From NCBI GenBank assembly GCA_902466075.1, contig CABQQA010000001.1:365403-429402 (forward strand): a stretch of 64,000 bases of DNA, in the 5' to 3' direction. Below, one piece after another: positions 54,712 to 64,000 of this stretch. The first letter of the stretch is position 1. Each line of letters begins with the position of its first letter. The position numbers were made by a program, and so were the translations under genes. The notes beneath the pieces are model-generated. The model was not told the DNA's origin and did no database searches. It saw only the letters and a program-made list of their open reading frames with translations. This DNA is from an uncultured Collinsella sp. Lineage in GTDB: Bacteria; Actinomycetota; Coriobacteriia; Coriobacteriales; Coriobacteriaceae.

Positions 54712-57700
54712 ATGTCATCGCTTAAGACGACGCATCGCTGGGCGGTCGCTCAGCAAAACCCCGAGCTCGAAAAGGAGCTTTCGGCTGGCCTGGGCATTCC
54801 CGGGCTGGTGGCGCGTATTATGGTCGCGCACGGCATTACATCCATCGAAGAAGGTCAGCTGTTTTTGACGCCTTCGCTCGATCGCGACTGGGCCGACCCA
54901 CTCATTATCCCGGGCATGTCGGTCGTTGCCGACCGCGTCGAGCGTGCTATTTGCAACCACGAGCACATTGCGGTCTTTGGCGATTTTGACGTTGACGGTA
55001 TTACGTCGACCTGCCTGTTGACCGAGGCACTGCGCACGTTTGGCGCCGATGTCACGCCGTTTATTCCGCATCGCTTTGACGAGGGCTACGGTCTTTCGCG
55101 CGCGGCGCTCGACCGCGTTAACGAGCTCGCTCGCCCTCAGCTGATCGTGACCGTCGATAACGGTATTGCCGCCAAGGAAGAAGTCTCCTATCTGGAGAGC
55201 CTGGGGATCGATTTGGTGGTCACGGACCATCACGAGCCCTCCGACCAGGTGCCGCAGGGCGTGCCCCTGACCGACCCCAAGCTCGAGGACGAGGGCCCCT
55301 CGCGCGAGCTTGCCGGTGCCGGCGTGGCACTCAAGCTGGTGCAGGTCCTGGGCGAGCGTTTGGGCAAGCCGTCGTATTGGCGTTCGCTGATCGAGGTCGC
55401 GGCGCTGGGCACCGTGTCCGACATGATGCCGCTCACGCCCGAGAATCGCGCACTGGTCGCCGAGGGTATCCAGCAGATGCGCGTGACGGCCCGTCCCGGC
55501 TATATCGCGCTTGCCGCACTTGCCAAGGCCGACCTTTCTACCATTACGGCCGACGGCCTGTCGTTTTCGCTCATCCCTCGTCTGAATGCTGCCGGCCGCA
55601 TGGCTGATCCCAAGCTGGCGCTCGACCTGCTGCTTGCCCGTGATCCTATCGAAGCAAGTGCACTGGCAGCCGAGCTCGAGGAAATCAATCGCCAACGCCG
55701 TGAGATCGAGGCGGAGCTCACGCGCGATGCCATGGCGAAGGTCGAGGAGACTTATGACGGCGGGCGCGCAATCGTCGTGGGCGGCGAGGGCTGGCACGAG
55801 GGCGTCAAAGGCATCGTGGCGAGCCGCTTGACCAATCGCTATCACGTGCCGGCGCTGCTGTTCTCGATCGAGGACGGTATCGCGCGCGGCTCTGGTCGCT
55901 CGGTGGGCAAAGTTAACCTGTTTGACGCCGTCGAGCGTTGTTCCGACCTGCTGATTCGTCGCGGCGGACATGCCGGTGCGGTGGGTGTGACCATCGAGGC
56001 ATCCAAGCTCGATGAGTTCCGCCGCCGCCTTTCCGCCGTGCTATCGGAGCTTTCCGCCGAGGACTTTGAAGACACCGACGAGGTCGCCGCCACCGTCGAC
56101 CTTTCCGAGCTGAATATCGAGACCATCGAGCAGATCTCCCGTCTTGAGCCGTTTGGCCAGGGCAACAAGGTGCCGCTGCTGGCTGCCGAGGGCGTGACGA
56201 TGTGCGACCGCGCCGTGGTGGGCAAAACCGGCGAGCACATGCGCTTTGTGGCGACCGATGGCGCCGCGAGTGTGCCGGCCATTATGTTCCGCGTGCCGCA
56301 AATCGATAAGCTCATCAACTGCGATAGCGCTGTCGACTTGGTGTTCGAGGCCGTTGCCGAGCATTGGCAGGGGCGTGTGAAGCCCAAGCTCATGATCAAG
56401 GATGTTCTGGTTCGCGATACCACGCTGCCCAGCGTCGATGATCCGGCATGCGAGCTTCGTCGTGGCGTGCAGCCGGCGGATTCCGGCCTGCGCCTGGAGT
56501 CGCGTAAGCGCGAGACGCTCGCCCAGCTTTCCTATACCGAGCTCACGCGCTCGCTTATCCATAGCTTTATCGGATCGAACCAGCCGCACCGCGCGCAGGT
56601 TGAGGCGCTCGATGCCTTGGCCGACCACCAGAGCGTCTTGGCCGTTATGGGAACGGGCCGCGGCAAGTCTCTCATCTTCCATGTACATGCTGCGCGCGAG
56701 GCTGTCCTTCGCGGACGTGCGAGCATCTTTGTCTATCCGCTGCGCGCGCTTGTTGCCGACCAGGCCTATCACCTCTCGTCGACGATGGCAGCGCTTGGCA
56801 TTGGCGTTGGCGTGCTGACCGGCGAGACCGTGGAGGCCGCACGCGATGATGTGTTCGCCGGCCTAGCTTCGGGCCGCACCGGTATCGTGCTCACGACGCC
56901 CGAGTTCCTATCTATCCACCGTGACCGCTTCGCGCGTTCGGGCCGCATCGGCTTTGTCGTTATCGATGAGGCGCACCACGCCGGCCTTGCCAAGGGCGGC
57001 GACCGCAGCGCCTATCTCGACATGCCCGATATCCTCAAAGCCCTGGGCGACCCGGTTGTTATGGCTGCGACGGCCACCGCGACGGCTCCGGTCGTGGCCG
57101 AGCTTGCCCGCATGCTGCCGATTACTCGCACGGTGGTCGACGAGACGGTGCGCGAGAACCTGCAGCTCGAGGACGACCGCGACCTTGCGAGCCGCGAGAA
57201 CCGTTTGGTGTCGATCGTGGCGACGGGGGAGAAGACCGTCATTTACGTCAATTCGCGCGACCAGTCCGTGGCGCTCGCCAAGACGTTGCGCAAGCGTGTG
57301 CCCGATTGCGCAACCCATATCGCGTTCTATAACGCGGGGCTTGCGCGCTCCGATCGCCGCCGCGTGGAGGAAGCATTCCGAGACGGAAGCCTCAGCTGCA
57401 TCGTCTCGACCTCTGCCTTTGGCGAGGGTGTCAATCTGCCCGATATCCGCCATGTCGTGCTGTACCACATGCCGTTTGGCGCCATTGAGTTCAACCAGAT
57501 GAGCGGGCGTGCCGGTCGTGACGGACAGCCCGCCGTGATCCACCTGCTCTATTCGTCGCGCGACGCCCGCATCAACGAGCGCCTGCTCGACTGCTACGCA
57601 CCCGAGCGCGACGAACTCGTCACACTCTATCGTGCGTTGCAGACCATGTGGCGCTCCAACCGCGGTAAGACCGGGGATGATTCATTCTGCGCAAGCGATA

Positions 57701-57999
57701 TCGACATCGCGCAGATGTGCCTTGCCATCGATGCTCGCACGCCGGTCGACGAGCGCTCGGTGGAAAGTGGCCTGGGAATCTTCGAAGAGCTTGGTTTCTG
57801 TCGCGTTTCGGGGTTTGACGACACCCGTCGCATCGCGATGGCCGAAAACCCCGGCCGTGTGCAATTGAGCAGGTCAATTCGCTATTTGGAGGGCTTGCGC
57901 TCGCGCATGGAGTTCTCGGCTTTCCGGAGTTGGGCGCTCGATTCGTGCGCTTCTGATATGCTAGCCAAAGTTAACCGCCCGATCGTACCGCGGGCCTAG
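54712..57999 (+). CDS. recJ: fusion protein: N-terminal RecJ 5'-3' ssDNA exonuclease (DHH/DHHA1 plus OB) and C-terminal RecQ-like SF2 helicase core
   Basis: RecJ motifs are FGDFDVDGITST (I), VTDHHEP (III) and RRGGHAGAVG (GGH). The C-terminal half carries GTGRGKS (helicase I), VIDEAHHAG (DEAH), ATATATAP (III), IYVNSRDQ (IV) and STSAFGEGVNLPDIRHVVLYHMP...SGRAGRDG (V-VI), which are RecQ-type. One uninterrupted 1110-codon frame. Confidence 0.8.
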   Translation: MSSLKTTHRWAVAQQNPELEKELSAGLGIPGLVARIMVAHGITSIEEGQLFLTPSLDRDWADPLIIPGMSVVADRVERAICNHEHIAVFGDFDVDGITSTCLLTEALRTFGADVTPFIPHRFDEGYGLSRAALDRVNELARPQLIVTVDNGIAAKEEVSYLESLGIDLVVTDHHEPSDQVPQGVPLTDPKLEDEGPSRELAGAGVALKLVQVLGERLGKPSYWRSLIEVAALGTVSDMMPLTPENRALVAEGIQQMRVTARPGYIALAALAKADLSTITADGLSFSLIPRLNAAGRMADPKLALDLLLARDPIEASALAAELEEINRQRREIEAELTRDAMAKVEETYDGGRAIVVGGEGWHEGVKGIVASRLTNRYHVPALLFSIEDGIARGSGRSVGKVNLFDAVERCSDLLIRRGGHAGAVGVTIEASKLDEFRRRLSAVLSELSAEDFEDTDEVAATVDLSELNIETIEQISRLEPFGQGNKVPLLAAEGVTMCDRAVVGKTGEHMRFVATDGAASVPAIMFRVPQIDKLINCDSAVDLVFEAVAEHWQGRVKPKLMIKDVLVRDTTLPSVDDPACELRRGVQPADSGLRLESRKRETLAQLSYTELTRSLIHSFIGSNQPHRAQVEALDALADHQSVLAVMGTGRGKSLIFHVHAAREAVLRGRASIFVYPLRALVADQAYHLSSTMAALGIGVGVLTGETVEAARDDVFAGLASGRTGIVLTTPEFLSIHRDRFARSGRIGFVVIDEAHHAGLAKGGDRSAYLDMPDILKALGDPVVMAATATATAPVVAELARMLPITRTVVDETVRENLQLEDDRDLASRENRLVSIVATGEKTVIYVNSRDQSVALAKTLRKRVPDCATHIAFYNAGLARSDRRRVEEAFRDGSLSCIVSTSAFGEGVNLPDIRHVVLYHMPFGAIEFNQMSGRAGRDGQPAVIHLLYSSRDARINERLLDCYAPERDELVTLYRALQTMWRSNRGKTGDDSFCASDIDIAQMCLAIDARTPVDERSVESGLGIFEELGFCRVSGFDDTRRIAMAENPGRVQLSRSIRYLEGLRSRMEFSAFRSWALDSCASDMLAKVNRPIVPRA

Positions 58000-58014
58000 G
58001 GGAAGGGGACCTCG

Positions 58015-60375
58015 ATGGATGCCGCAGCCCGTACCGCCCATGATTCCACCCTCCAGCCGTTCTCGGAGATGGAGCACTATAAGCATGCCGATGAGCTGCC
58101 GCCCGAGATTATGGCGGACAGCTACGACAAACTGGAGCGCCTGTGCCTCAAATATATGAATGAGGACGACTTTTCTAAGGTGGAGCAGGCCTATTGCTTT
58201 GCTGCCGAGAAGCACTGCAACCAAAAGCGCCGCTCGGGTGAGATGTACATCAACCATCCCGTCGAGGTGGCCATCATTTTGGCCGATCTCAAGATGGACT
58301 GCGATGTAGTGTGCGCCGCGCTGCTGCACGATACCGTCGAGGATACCGAGACCTCGCTTGCCGATGTTTCCGGCCTGTTTGGCGATACGGTGGCCGAGCT
58401 CGTCGATGGCGTGACCAAGCTCACCAACATCGAAGTCGACAGTATGGACGAGAAACAGGCGCTCACGCTGCGAAAGATGTTCCTCGCCATGTCCAAGGAC
58501 ATCCGCGTCATCATCGTTAAGCTTGCCGACCGTCTGCACAACATGCGCACCCTTGCAGCCCTGCGTGAGGACCGTCGCCTGTTTAAGGCTCGCGAGACCA
58601 TGGACGTGTATGCGCCCCTGGCCGACCGTCTGGGCATGAGCTCCATTAAATGGGAGCTCGAGGACCTGTCCTTCTTCTACCTGGAGCCCGATGCCTACCA
58701 GCGCATCGCACGCATGGTGGCGGAGTCGCGCGAGGTCCGTGAGCGCTATCTGGCCGAGACCATCAAGACGCTCACCGACGAGCTCAACCGCATTGGCCTG
58801 GAAGACTTCCAGATCAACGGCCGTTCCAAGCACTATTGGTCCATCTACCAAAAGATGAAGCGCAAGGGCAAGGAATTCTCCGAGATCTACGACCTGGTGG
58901 CACTGCGCGTCATCACGCATTCGGTGCGCGATTGCTACTCCACGCTCGGCGCGGTGCACACGCTGTGGCACCCCATGCCCGGCCGCTTTAAAGACTATAT
59001 CGCCATGCCCAAGGTCAATAACTATCAGTCGCTCCACACGACGGTCATCGGCCCCACGGCTCGCCCGCTCGAGATTCAGATTCGAACCTATGAGATGCAT
59101 GAGCAGGCCGAGTACGGCATTGCCGCCCACTGGCTCTATAAGAAGTCGGGCGGATCGTCTGCGTCTAAGACCAATGATGCCCAGCGCTTGGACGACCAGA
59201 TTAACTGGCTCAAACATTCGCTCGATTGGGCTGCGTCTGATGAGATCACCGATGCCAAGGAATACCTGCATTCGCTGAAGGTCGACCTCTTCGATCAAGA
59301 GATCTTCGTCTTTACGCCCAAGGGCGAGGTCATGGCGCTTCGTGCCGGCTCCACGCCGCTCGATTTTGCCTACGCCGTTCACACCGAGGTGGGAAACCAC
59401 TGCGTCGGCGCCAAGATTAACGGTGCGGTGGCCCCGCTCACACACGAGATCAAGACGGGCGACCGCGTTGAAATCCTGACCAATAAGAGTTCCAAGCCGT
59501 CGCGCGATTGGCTCAAGATCGTTAAGACACCTTCCGCCAAGTCAAAGATCCGCCGCTATTTTGCCGCCGCGACCAAGGACGACGACGCTGCCGCCGGCCG
59601 CGATATACTGGCCAAGGACCTGCGCAAGCGCGGGTATGGCATCTCTACGCCGCGATCCACGCGTGCGCTCAACGTCGTGGCGGAGCAGTTTAACTACAAG
59701 CAGCTCGAGGACTTGTTTGCCGCCGTCGGCGCCGGCAAGGTTGCCCCGCGCGCTGTGGGTAACAAGGTCGAGCAAATCTTGGACCCCAAGCCCGAGGAGC
59801 GGCTCTCCAAGGCCGAGGCTATTGCCGAGGTCGTCAAGCAGCCTGCCCGCGGTTCCAACCGCAAGCCGCAAAAGCGCGGCAAGAGCGCCAGCAACGGCAT
59901 TATCGTCAAGGGCGAGAGCAACAGCGGCCTGCTGGTCCGTCTGGCGCATTGCTGCAATCCGGTGACGGGCGACGACATCGTCGGCTTCATCACGCGCGGT
60001 CGTGGCGTTTCGGTGCATCGCGCCAATTGCCCCAACGTCAAGGGTCTTATGGAGCATCCCGAGCGCATGATCGAAGTGGAGTGGGACGGCGCTGCCGACA
60101 CCCTCTTCCAGGTCGAGATCGTGGTCGAGTGCCTGGACCGCATGGGCCTTCTCAAGGATGTCACCATTGCCATTGGCGATGCGGGTGGCAATATCCTTTC
60201 TGCCGCCACGTCGACCAACCGCGAGGGTATTGCAACCCTGCGCTTTATGGTCGAGATCTCGGACGCGAGTGGTCTGGATCCGCTGCTGGCCTCCATCAGC
60301 AGCGTTGACTCGGTCTACGACGCGCGTCGCTTGATGCCCGGCGAGGGTGGAGCCCAGCTTAAGCGCCGCGTTTAG
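58015..60375 (+). CDS. relA: bifunctional (p)ppGpp synthetase/hydrolase RelA/SpoT (Rsh)
   Basis: HD hydrolase motifs (HPVEVA...LLHDTVEDT), a synthetase domain (RVITHSVRDCY...GRFKDYIAMPK), TGS and a C-terminal ACT. 786 aa. Confidence 0.9.
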   Translation: MDAAARTAHDSTLQPFSEMEHYKHADELPPEIMADSYDKLERLCLKYMNEDDFSKVEQAYCFAAEKHCNQKRRSGEMYINHPVEVAIILADLKMDCDVVCAALLHDTVEDTETSLADVSGLFGDTVAELVDGVTKLTNIEVDSMDEKQALTLRKMFLAMSKDIRVIIVKLADRLHNMRTLAALREDRRLFKARETMDVYAPLADRLGMSSIKWELEDLSFFYLEPDAYQRIARMVAESREVRERYLAETIKTLTDELNRIGLEDFQINGRSKHYWSIYQKMKRKGKEFSEIYDLVALRVITHSVRDCYSTLGAVHTLWHPMPGRFKDYIAMPKVNNYQSLHTTVIGPTARPLEIQIRTYEMHEQAEYGIAAHWLYKKSGGSSASKTNDAQRLDDQINWLKHSLDWAASDEITDAKEYLHSLKVDLFDQEIFVFTPKGEVMALRAGSTPLDFAYAVHTEVGNHCVGAKINGAVAPLTHEIKTGDRVEILTNKSSKPSRDWLKIVKTPSAKSKIRRYFAAATKDDDAAAGRDILAKDLRKRGYGISTPRSTRALNVVAEQFNYKQLEDLFAAVGAGKVAPRAVGNKVEQILDPKPEERLSKAEAIAEVVKQPARGSNRKPQKRGKSASNGIIVKGESNSGLLVRLAHCCNPVTGDDIVGFITRGRGVSVHRANCPNVKGLMEHPERMIEVEWDGAADTLFQVEIVVECLDRMGLLKDVTIAIGDAGGNILSAATSTNREGIATLRFMVEISDASGLDPLLASISSVDSVYDARRLMPGEGGAQLKRRV

Positions 60376-60459
60376 TCGCGACGAACGTGCCACATTATCG
60401 ATATTCGCTACACTCGAGGCATCGTTTGATGCCTCGAGTTCTATAGAGAGGAGAGGGGC

Positions 60460-61140
60460 ATGAGTGCTGTGTCCTTGGATTTAACTCCCAAGGGATCGGT
60501 CGAGATTGAGACGCTCGTAAACGGTCCCATTCAGACCAATAGCTATGCTGTTATTTCGGACAATGAGTGCGTGATTATCGACCCCGCATGGGAAGGTGAG
60601 CGTTTGGTGGAACATATTCGAGCCGAGCATCCCGATGTGCAGGTGCTCGGCGCCATTTGCACGCACGGTCACGCCGACCATGTTGGCGGTGTCGCTGGAG
60701 TTCGGGCCGCCGTTGGCGCCGACGCCCTGTACGAGCTGTGTGGCAAGGACGCAGCAGTGCCGCATGCGAATATCGAGGAGCAGCGAGCGATGTGGGGCAT
60801 CGAGACGCCCGATCCAGGTGAGCCGACGCGGCTGCTTGCCGAGGGCGACACCATTGAGCTGGGCGACATTTGCCTGCAGGTAATTGAGGTGCCCGGGCAC
60901 ACACCGGGCGGCATCGTTCTGTTCGCCGCCACCGAGCAGGGGAACATTGCCTTTGTGGGCGACACCCTATTCCCGGGCAGCCACGGCCGCACCGATCTTG
61001 CCGGTGGCGACGAGGCAGCGATTCTGCGTTCGCTCTCCAAGCTCGCCCACATGCTTCCACCCGATACCGTTTGTTTGACTGGCCACGGTCCCTCGACCAC
61101 TATGGCGCGTGAACTCATGTGCAACCCGTTCATGCGCTAG
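60460..61140 (+). CDS. MBL-fold metallo-hydrolase (glyoxalase II-like)
   Basis: THGHADHVGG metal-binding motif and PGHTPG. Confidence 0.8.
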   Translation: MSAVSLDLTPKGSVEIETLVNGPIQTNSYAVISDNECVIIDPAWEGERLVEHIRAEHPDVQVLGAICTHGHADHVGGVAGVRAAVGADALYELCGKDAAVPHANIEEQRAMWGIETPDPGEPTRLLAEGDTIELGDICLQVIEVPGHTPGGIVLFAATEQGNIAFVGDTLFPGSHGRTDLAGGDEAAILRSLSKLAHMLPPDTVCLTGHGPSTTMARELMCNPFMR

Positions 61141-61256
61141 ACAGTTTCCGTTTCCACCCAAGAGACTTCCGACTTCTGGGGAAATCGGGATTGTGGAACA
61201 CCTTTCATAAACCTTGTATCTTTCTAATTGTCGGATAGATACGGGGAGGTGAAACG

Positions 61257-63188
61257 TTGGTGTTAGATTCACAGGTTCAAAAAGTACTTGACTACATAGA
61301 GGCTAATCACGATGTTTCGCCCGCTCGTCTTTGCGAAGAGTTTGGCGTGAGCGATCGCACGATTCGTACTTATGTCAAGAAGCTCAACGCTGTCCTCGAG
61401 CCTCAGGCCCATATCCATAAACACCGTGGCGGGGGTTATACCCTCAATATCAGCGATTGCGACGCATACCGCTCGATCAAGGACGATGCATCCAATGGGG
61501 GTCTCAAGTCAATTCCCTCTACGAGCGAGGGGCGCGTTGAGTACTTGCTGAACGACCTGTTGAGTCGCGTCGACTGGATCACCCTGGACGATCTTTCGGA
61601 GATCCTCTATGTATCCCGCAATGCTATTTCAGGCGATCTCAAGCGGGTTGAGGCACAGCTGGCCAAGTTCGATCTCAAGCTTGAACGGCGTCCTCATTAC
61701 GGGATTCGCGTGAGCGGCTCGGAGATGTCGCGTCGCCTCTGCTTGGCAAGCATTACGCTCGACAAGCTTGCAGAGCATCGTGAGAGCGATTCTCAGAACC
61801 AGGTGACCCTCGACACGATTGCCACCTGTGTGAATGAGGTCATTGCCGAGGAAGGCTTCCAAATCAACTCAGCGGCCTATCAAAACTTGCTGGTTCATAT
61901 CGCGGTCGCCATTTGGCGAATCCGCGAGCAGTGCTACGTCCCGCTCGAAGCCGAACATATTGAGAAGCTGCGTACAGCGCGCGAGTTTGCGGTGGCCGGT
62001 TGTGTGGCTTTGCGTATCGAGAAAGCTTTCGACATTCGGCTCCCAGAGGAGGAGGTTGCCTACATCGCCATTCACCTTGCGGGAAAGCAATCTCTGTATG
62101 CTAGTTCCGACGGTGCAGATGAAGGTCTCGTAATTTCCGACGAGGTTTGGGATGTGGTCACTGAGATGCTCGAGTGCATCTGGGATTCCTATCACTTTGA
62201 TTTTCGCGGCGATCTTGAGCTCCGCATGAACCTCGCGCGTCATATCGTTCCGCTTGCCGTGCGTCTCAAATATCGCATGCATATCGATAATCCGCTGCTT
62301 GCCGATATCAAGGAGAGATTCGCGCTCGCGTATTCGATGGCACTCGATTCGTCGGTCATCCTTGCCGAGCACTACGGTAGTCGTCTTTCGGATGACGAGA
62401 TCGGCTATATCGCACTCGCCTTCGCCTTGGCGCTTGAGCGCCAGAAGAGCGAGGTCCCGCGTAAGAATATCCTCGTAGTGTGCGCGAGCGGACAGGGAAG
62501 CGCCAAGCTCCTTGAGTACCGATACCGCCAAGAGTTCGGTGCTCTCGTGGACAAGATTGTGACCTGCGATGCCTCCCATGTCGACAGTATTGATATGACG
62601 GGTATCGATTACGTTTTTACCACGGTGCCCCTGCATCGAGCGCTTCCGGTGCCCGTGCGCGAGGTGAGCTTCTTTCTCGATGCCGATGATATGCACGATG
62701 TTCGTGAGATTCTTGCCGGTGCAAATGTTACCGGTGACCTTGCACCTTATTTTTCGGCTGACCTTTTTGTCTCCGATATGGTCGCTGCAGACAAGAACGA
62801 GGTCATCTCAATTCTATGCGAGCAGGTCGCCGCCATGCGTAACGTGCCTGACGAGTTTAAGCAGCTGGTCATGCGTCGCGAGGAACTCGCGCAGACGAGT
62901 TTTGGCAATCAGGTCGCCATGCCCCATTCGGTCAAGGCCGTGACGGACGAGACGTTTGTTTGCGTTGGACTGCTGCGCGAGCCGGTCGAATGGAACGGGC
63001 AAGCGGTGCGGGCGGTCTTTCTAGTATCAGTCTCAAAGGCTAAGGACAAGAAGCTTGACCGTTTCTACCGCAGTATGGCCAAGATGCTTACCAGCAAAGA
63101 GGCTATCCAGGGGCTTGTCGACAACCAACGATGGGAGACCGTCGTCAAGCTTTTGAATATGTATGGAAAAACAGACAACAACGAGTAG
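61257..63188 (+). CDS. LicR/BglG-family PRD-containing transcriptional regulator with C-terminal PTS EIIB-like and EIIA (mannitol/fructose-type) domains
   Basis: N-terminal HTH, two PRD-like segments (...VHIAVAIWRI..., ...ARHIVPLAVRL...), an EIIB-like VVCASGQGSAKLLE and a C-terminal EIIA-like domain. TTG start with GGGGAGGTG RBS. Confidence 0.7.
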   Translation: MVLDSQVQKVLDYIEANHDVSPARLCEEFGVSDRTIRTYVKKLNAVLEPQAHIHKHRGGGYTLNISDCDAYRSIKDDASNGGLKSIPSTSEGRVEYLLNDLLSRVDWITLDDLSEILYVSRNAISGDLKRVEAQLAKFDLKLERRPHYGIRVSGSEMSRRLCLASITLDKLAEHRESDSQNQVTLDTIATCVNEVIAEEGFQINSAAYQNLLVHIAVAIWRIREQCYVPLEAEHIEKLRTAREFAVAGCVALRIEKAFDIRLPEEEVAYIAIHLAGKQSLYASSDGADEGLVISDEVWDVVTEMLECIWDSYHFDFRGDLELRMNLARHIVPLAVRLKYRMHIDNPLLADIKERFALAYSMALDSSVILAEHYGSRLSDDEIGYIALAFALALERQKSEVPRKNILVVCASGQGSAKLLEYRYRQEFGALVDKIVTCDASHVDSIDMTGIDYVFTTVPLHRALPVPVREVSFFLDADDMHDVREILAGANVTGDLAPYFSADLFVSDMVAADKNEVISILCEQVAAMRNVPDEFKQLVMRREELAQTSFGNQVAMPHSVKAVTDETFVCVGLLREPVEWNGQAVRAVFLVSVSKAKDKKLDRFYRSMAKMLTSKEAIQGLVDNQRWETVVKLLNMYGKTDNNE

Positions 63189-63200
63189 AAGGAGACACCG

Positions 63201-63521
63201 ATGGACGAGAGCAAATATGAAAATGCCCTTCAAATCATCCTGCATGCGGGCAACGCCAAGTCCGCCGCGCTCATGGCAATCGACGCCGCCCATGATGGCG
63301 ATTTCGAAGAGGCCGAGAAACAGCTCGCCGAGGCGCAGTCCGAGATGAGCGCTGCCCACAAGATGCAGTTCGAGCTCACTCAGGCTGAAGCGAACGGCAA
63401 TACCGTCGATATCAACATCATCTTGATCCATGCCGAAGACCATCTGACGATGGCCATCATGGCGAGTGATTTTGCCGAGCGCTTTATCGAGCTTTATCGC
63501 GATAAGTACGAGGGCAAGTAA
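63201..63521 (+). CDS. PTS lactose/cellobiose-family EIIA component
   Basis: 106 aa three-helix EIIA(Lac/Cel) pattern (ALQIILHAGNAKS...HAEDHLTMA). GAAGGAGA RBS. Confidence 0.85.
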   Translation: MDESKYENALQIILHAGNAKSAALMAIDAAHDGDFEEAEKQLAEAQSEMSAAHKMQFELTQAEANGNTVDINIILIHAEDHLTMAIMASDFAERFIELYRDKYEGK

Positions 63522-63584
63522 CCCTAAAATACCGAGTTTGGTCAATCGGGCGCCCAAGATGAGCGCTTTTGAAAGGAGTCCGTT

Positions 63585-63893
63585 ATGAACATCATGTTGG
63601 CTTGCTGTGCTGGTATGAGCACCTCGCTCGTTGTGAGCAAGATGGAGGAGGCCGCTAAGGCCCAGGGCAAGGATGATTACAAGATTTGGGCCGTCGAGCA
63701 AGGCCAGGTTGCCGAGGAACTCGGAAACTTTGACGTTTTGCTGCTTGGCCCGCAGGTCCGCCATCTTCAGCGCAAGCTCACCAAAGTCGTTGACGGCAAA
63801 GCTCCCGTTGCCGTAATCGATCCGGTTGCCTACGGCAGCTGCGATGGCGCCAAGGTCCTCAAGCAGGCGGAGGACCTGGTCGCCAAGGCATAA
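63585..63893 (+). CDS. PTS lactose/cellobiose-family EIIB component
   Basis: MNIMLACCAGMSTSLVV has the active-site Cys in the CxxGxxTS loop typical of EIIB(Cel). 102 aa. Confidence 0.85.
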   Translation: MNIMLACCAGMSTSLVVSKMEEAAKAQGKDDYKIWAVEQGQVAEELGNFDVLLLGPQVRHLQRKLTKVVDGKAPVAVIDPVAYGSCDGAKVLKQAEDLVAKA

Positions 63894-64000
63894 GGGCTCA
63901 ATAGCCCAAAATCGCCGCTGTGCGACTAGCACTCGACAGCGGTCTACATCCGAAAGCACGTCATTAACTTTCGAAAGCAGGTACATCATATGGCTTTCTC

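Noticed and set aside
54715-55971. 418-aa minus-strand ORF antisense to recJ
   Set aside because: Nested antisense ORF. Arg/Ala/Gly-rich.
57961-59445. 494-aa minus-strand ORF antisense to relA
   Set aside because: Nested antisense ORF in a gene with complete RelA/SpoT domain order.
63033-63989. 318-aa minus-strand ORF antisense to the EIIA and EIIB genes
   Set aside because: Crosses two well-supported small PTS genes and their intergenic region.
1-64000. CRISPR arrays, rRNA or tRNA genes
   Set aside because: No regularly spaced short direct repeats and no cloverleaf-compatible or rRNA-like conserved stretches were recognised by eye in the few intergenic regions. A tRNAscan/Infernal run would be needed to exclude small RNAs formally.

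Overview
64 kb of high-GC (about 62-65% by eye) chromosomal DNA that is densely coding. Gene content points to an anaerobic Gram-positive bacterium, possibly a Coriobacteriia-like gut Actinomycetota member; that assignment is inference from composition and gene content only. Most genes are housekeeping or metabolic. They include a reverse rubrerythrin, an Fe-alcohol dehydrogenase plus aldehyde dehydrogenase pair, TrmB, an Elp3-like radical-SAM/GNAT enzyme, an LctD-like FAD oxidase with EtfB and ferredoxin-fused EtfA, AzlCD, KdgT, a GGDEF protein, PurL, homoserine dehydrogenase, a LivJHMGF ABC transporter, CutC, RelA/SpoT, an MBL hydrolase, and a LicR-like PTS regulator with lactose/cellobiose-type EIIA and EIIB genes. 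The accessory-looking parts are five. (1) A minus-strand three-gene cluster at 17.3-22.9 kb encodes a TerB-N/TerB-C-like protein, a DUF2791 (BrxD-like) P-loop ATPase and an Lhr-like (BrxHI-like) SF2 helicase, with no PglX/PglZ BREX core in the window; this is the strongest candidate for an uncharacterised DNA-processing or defence-type system. (2) A five-gene minus-strand operon at 23.8-27.0 kb encodes signal-peptide and membrane-anchored proteins of unknown function, one with a sortase-signal-like C-terminus. (3) A single 1110-codon ORF fuses a RecJ exonuclease to a RecQ-like helicase core and sits directly upstream of relA. (4) Two copies of a ~122-bp element with 17-18 bp terminal inverted repeats and a conserved 18-bp core bracket a 9.4 kb segment. 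(5) Two copies of a ~57-bp GC-rich palindrome bracket a padR-DUF1700 cassette whose third gene looks truncated. No rRNA, tRNA or CRISPR arrays were recognised. All protein family assignments come from motif recognition by eye in the supplied translations and need HMM/BLAST confirmation.
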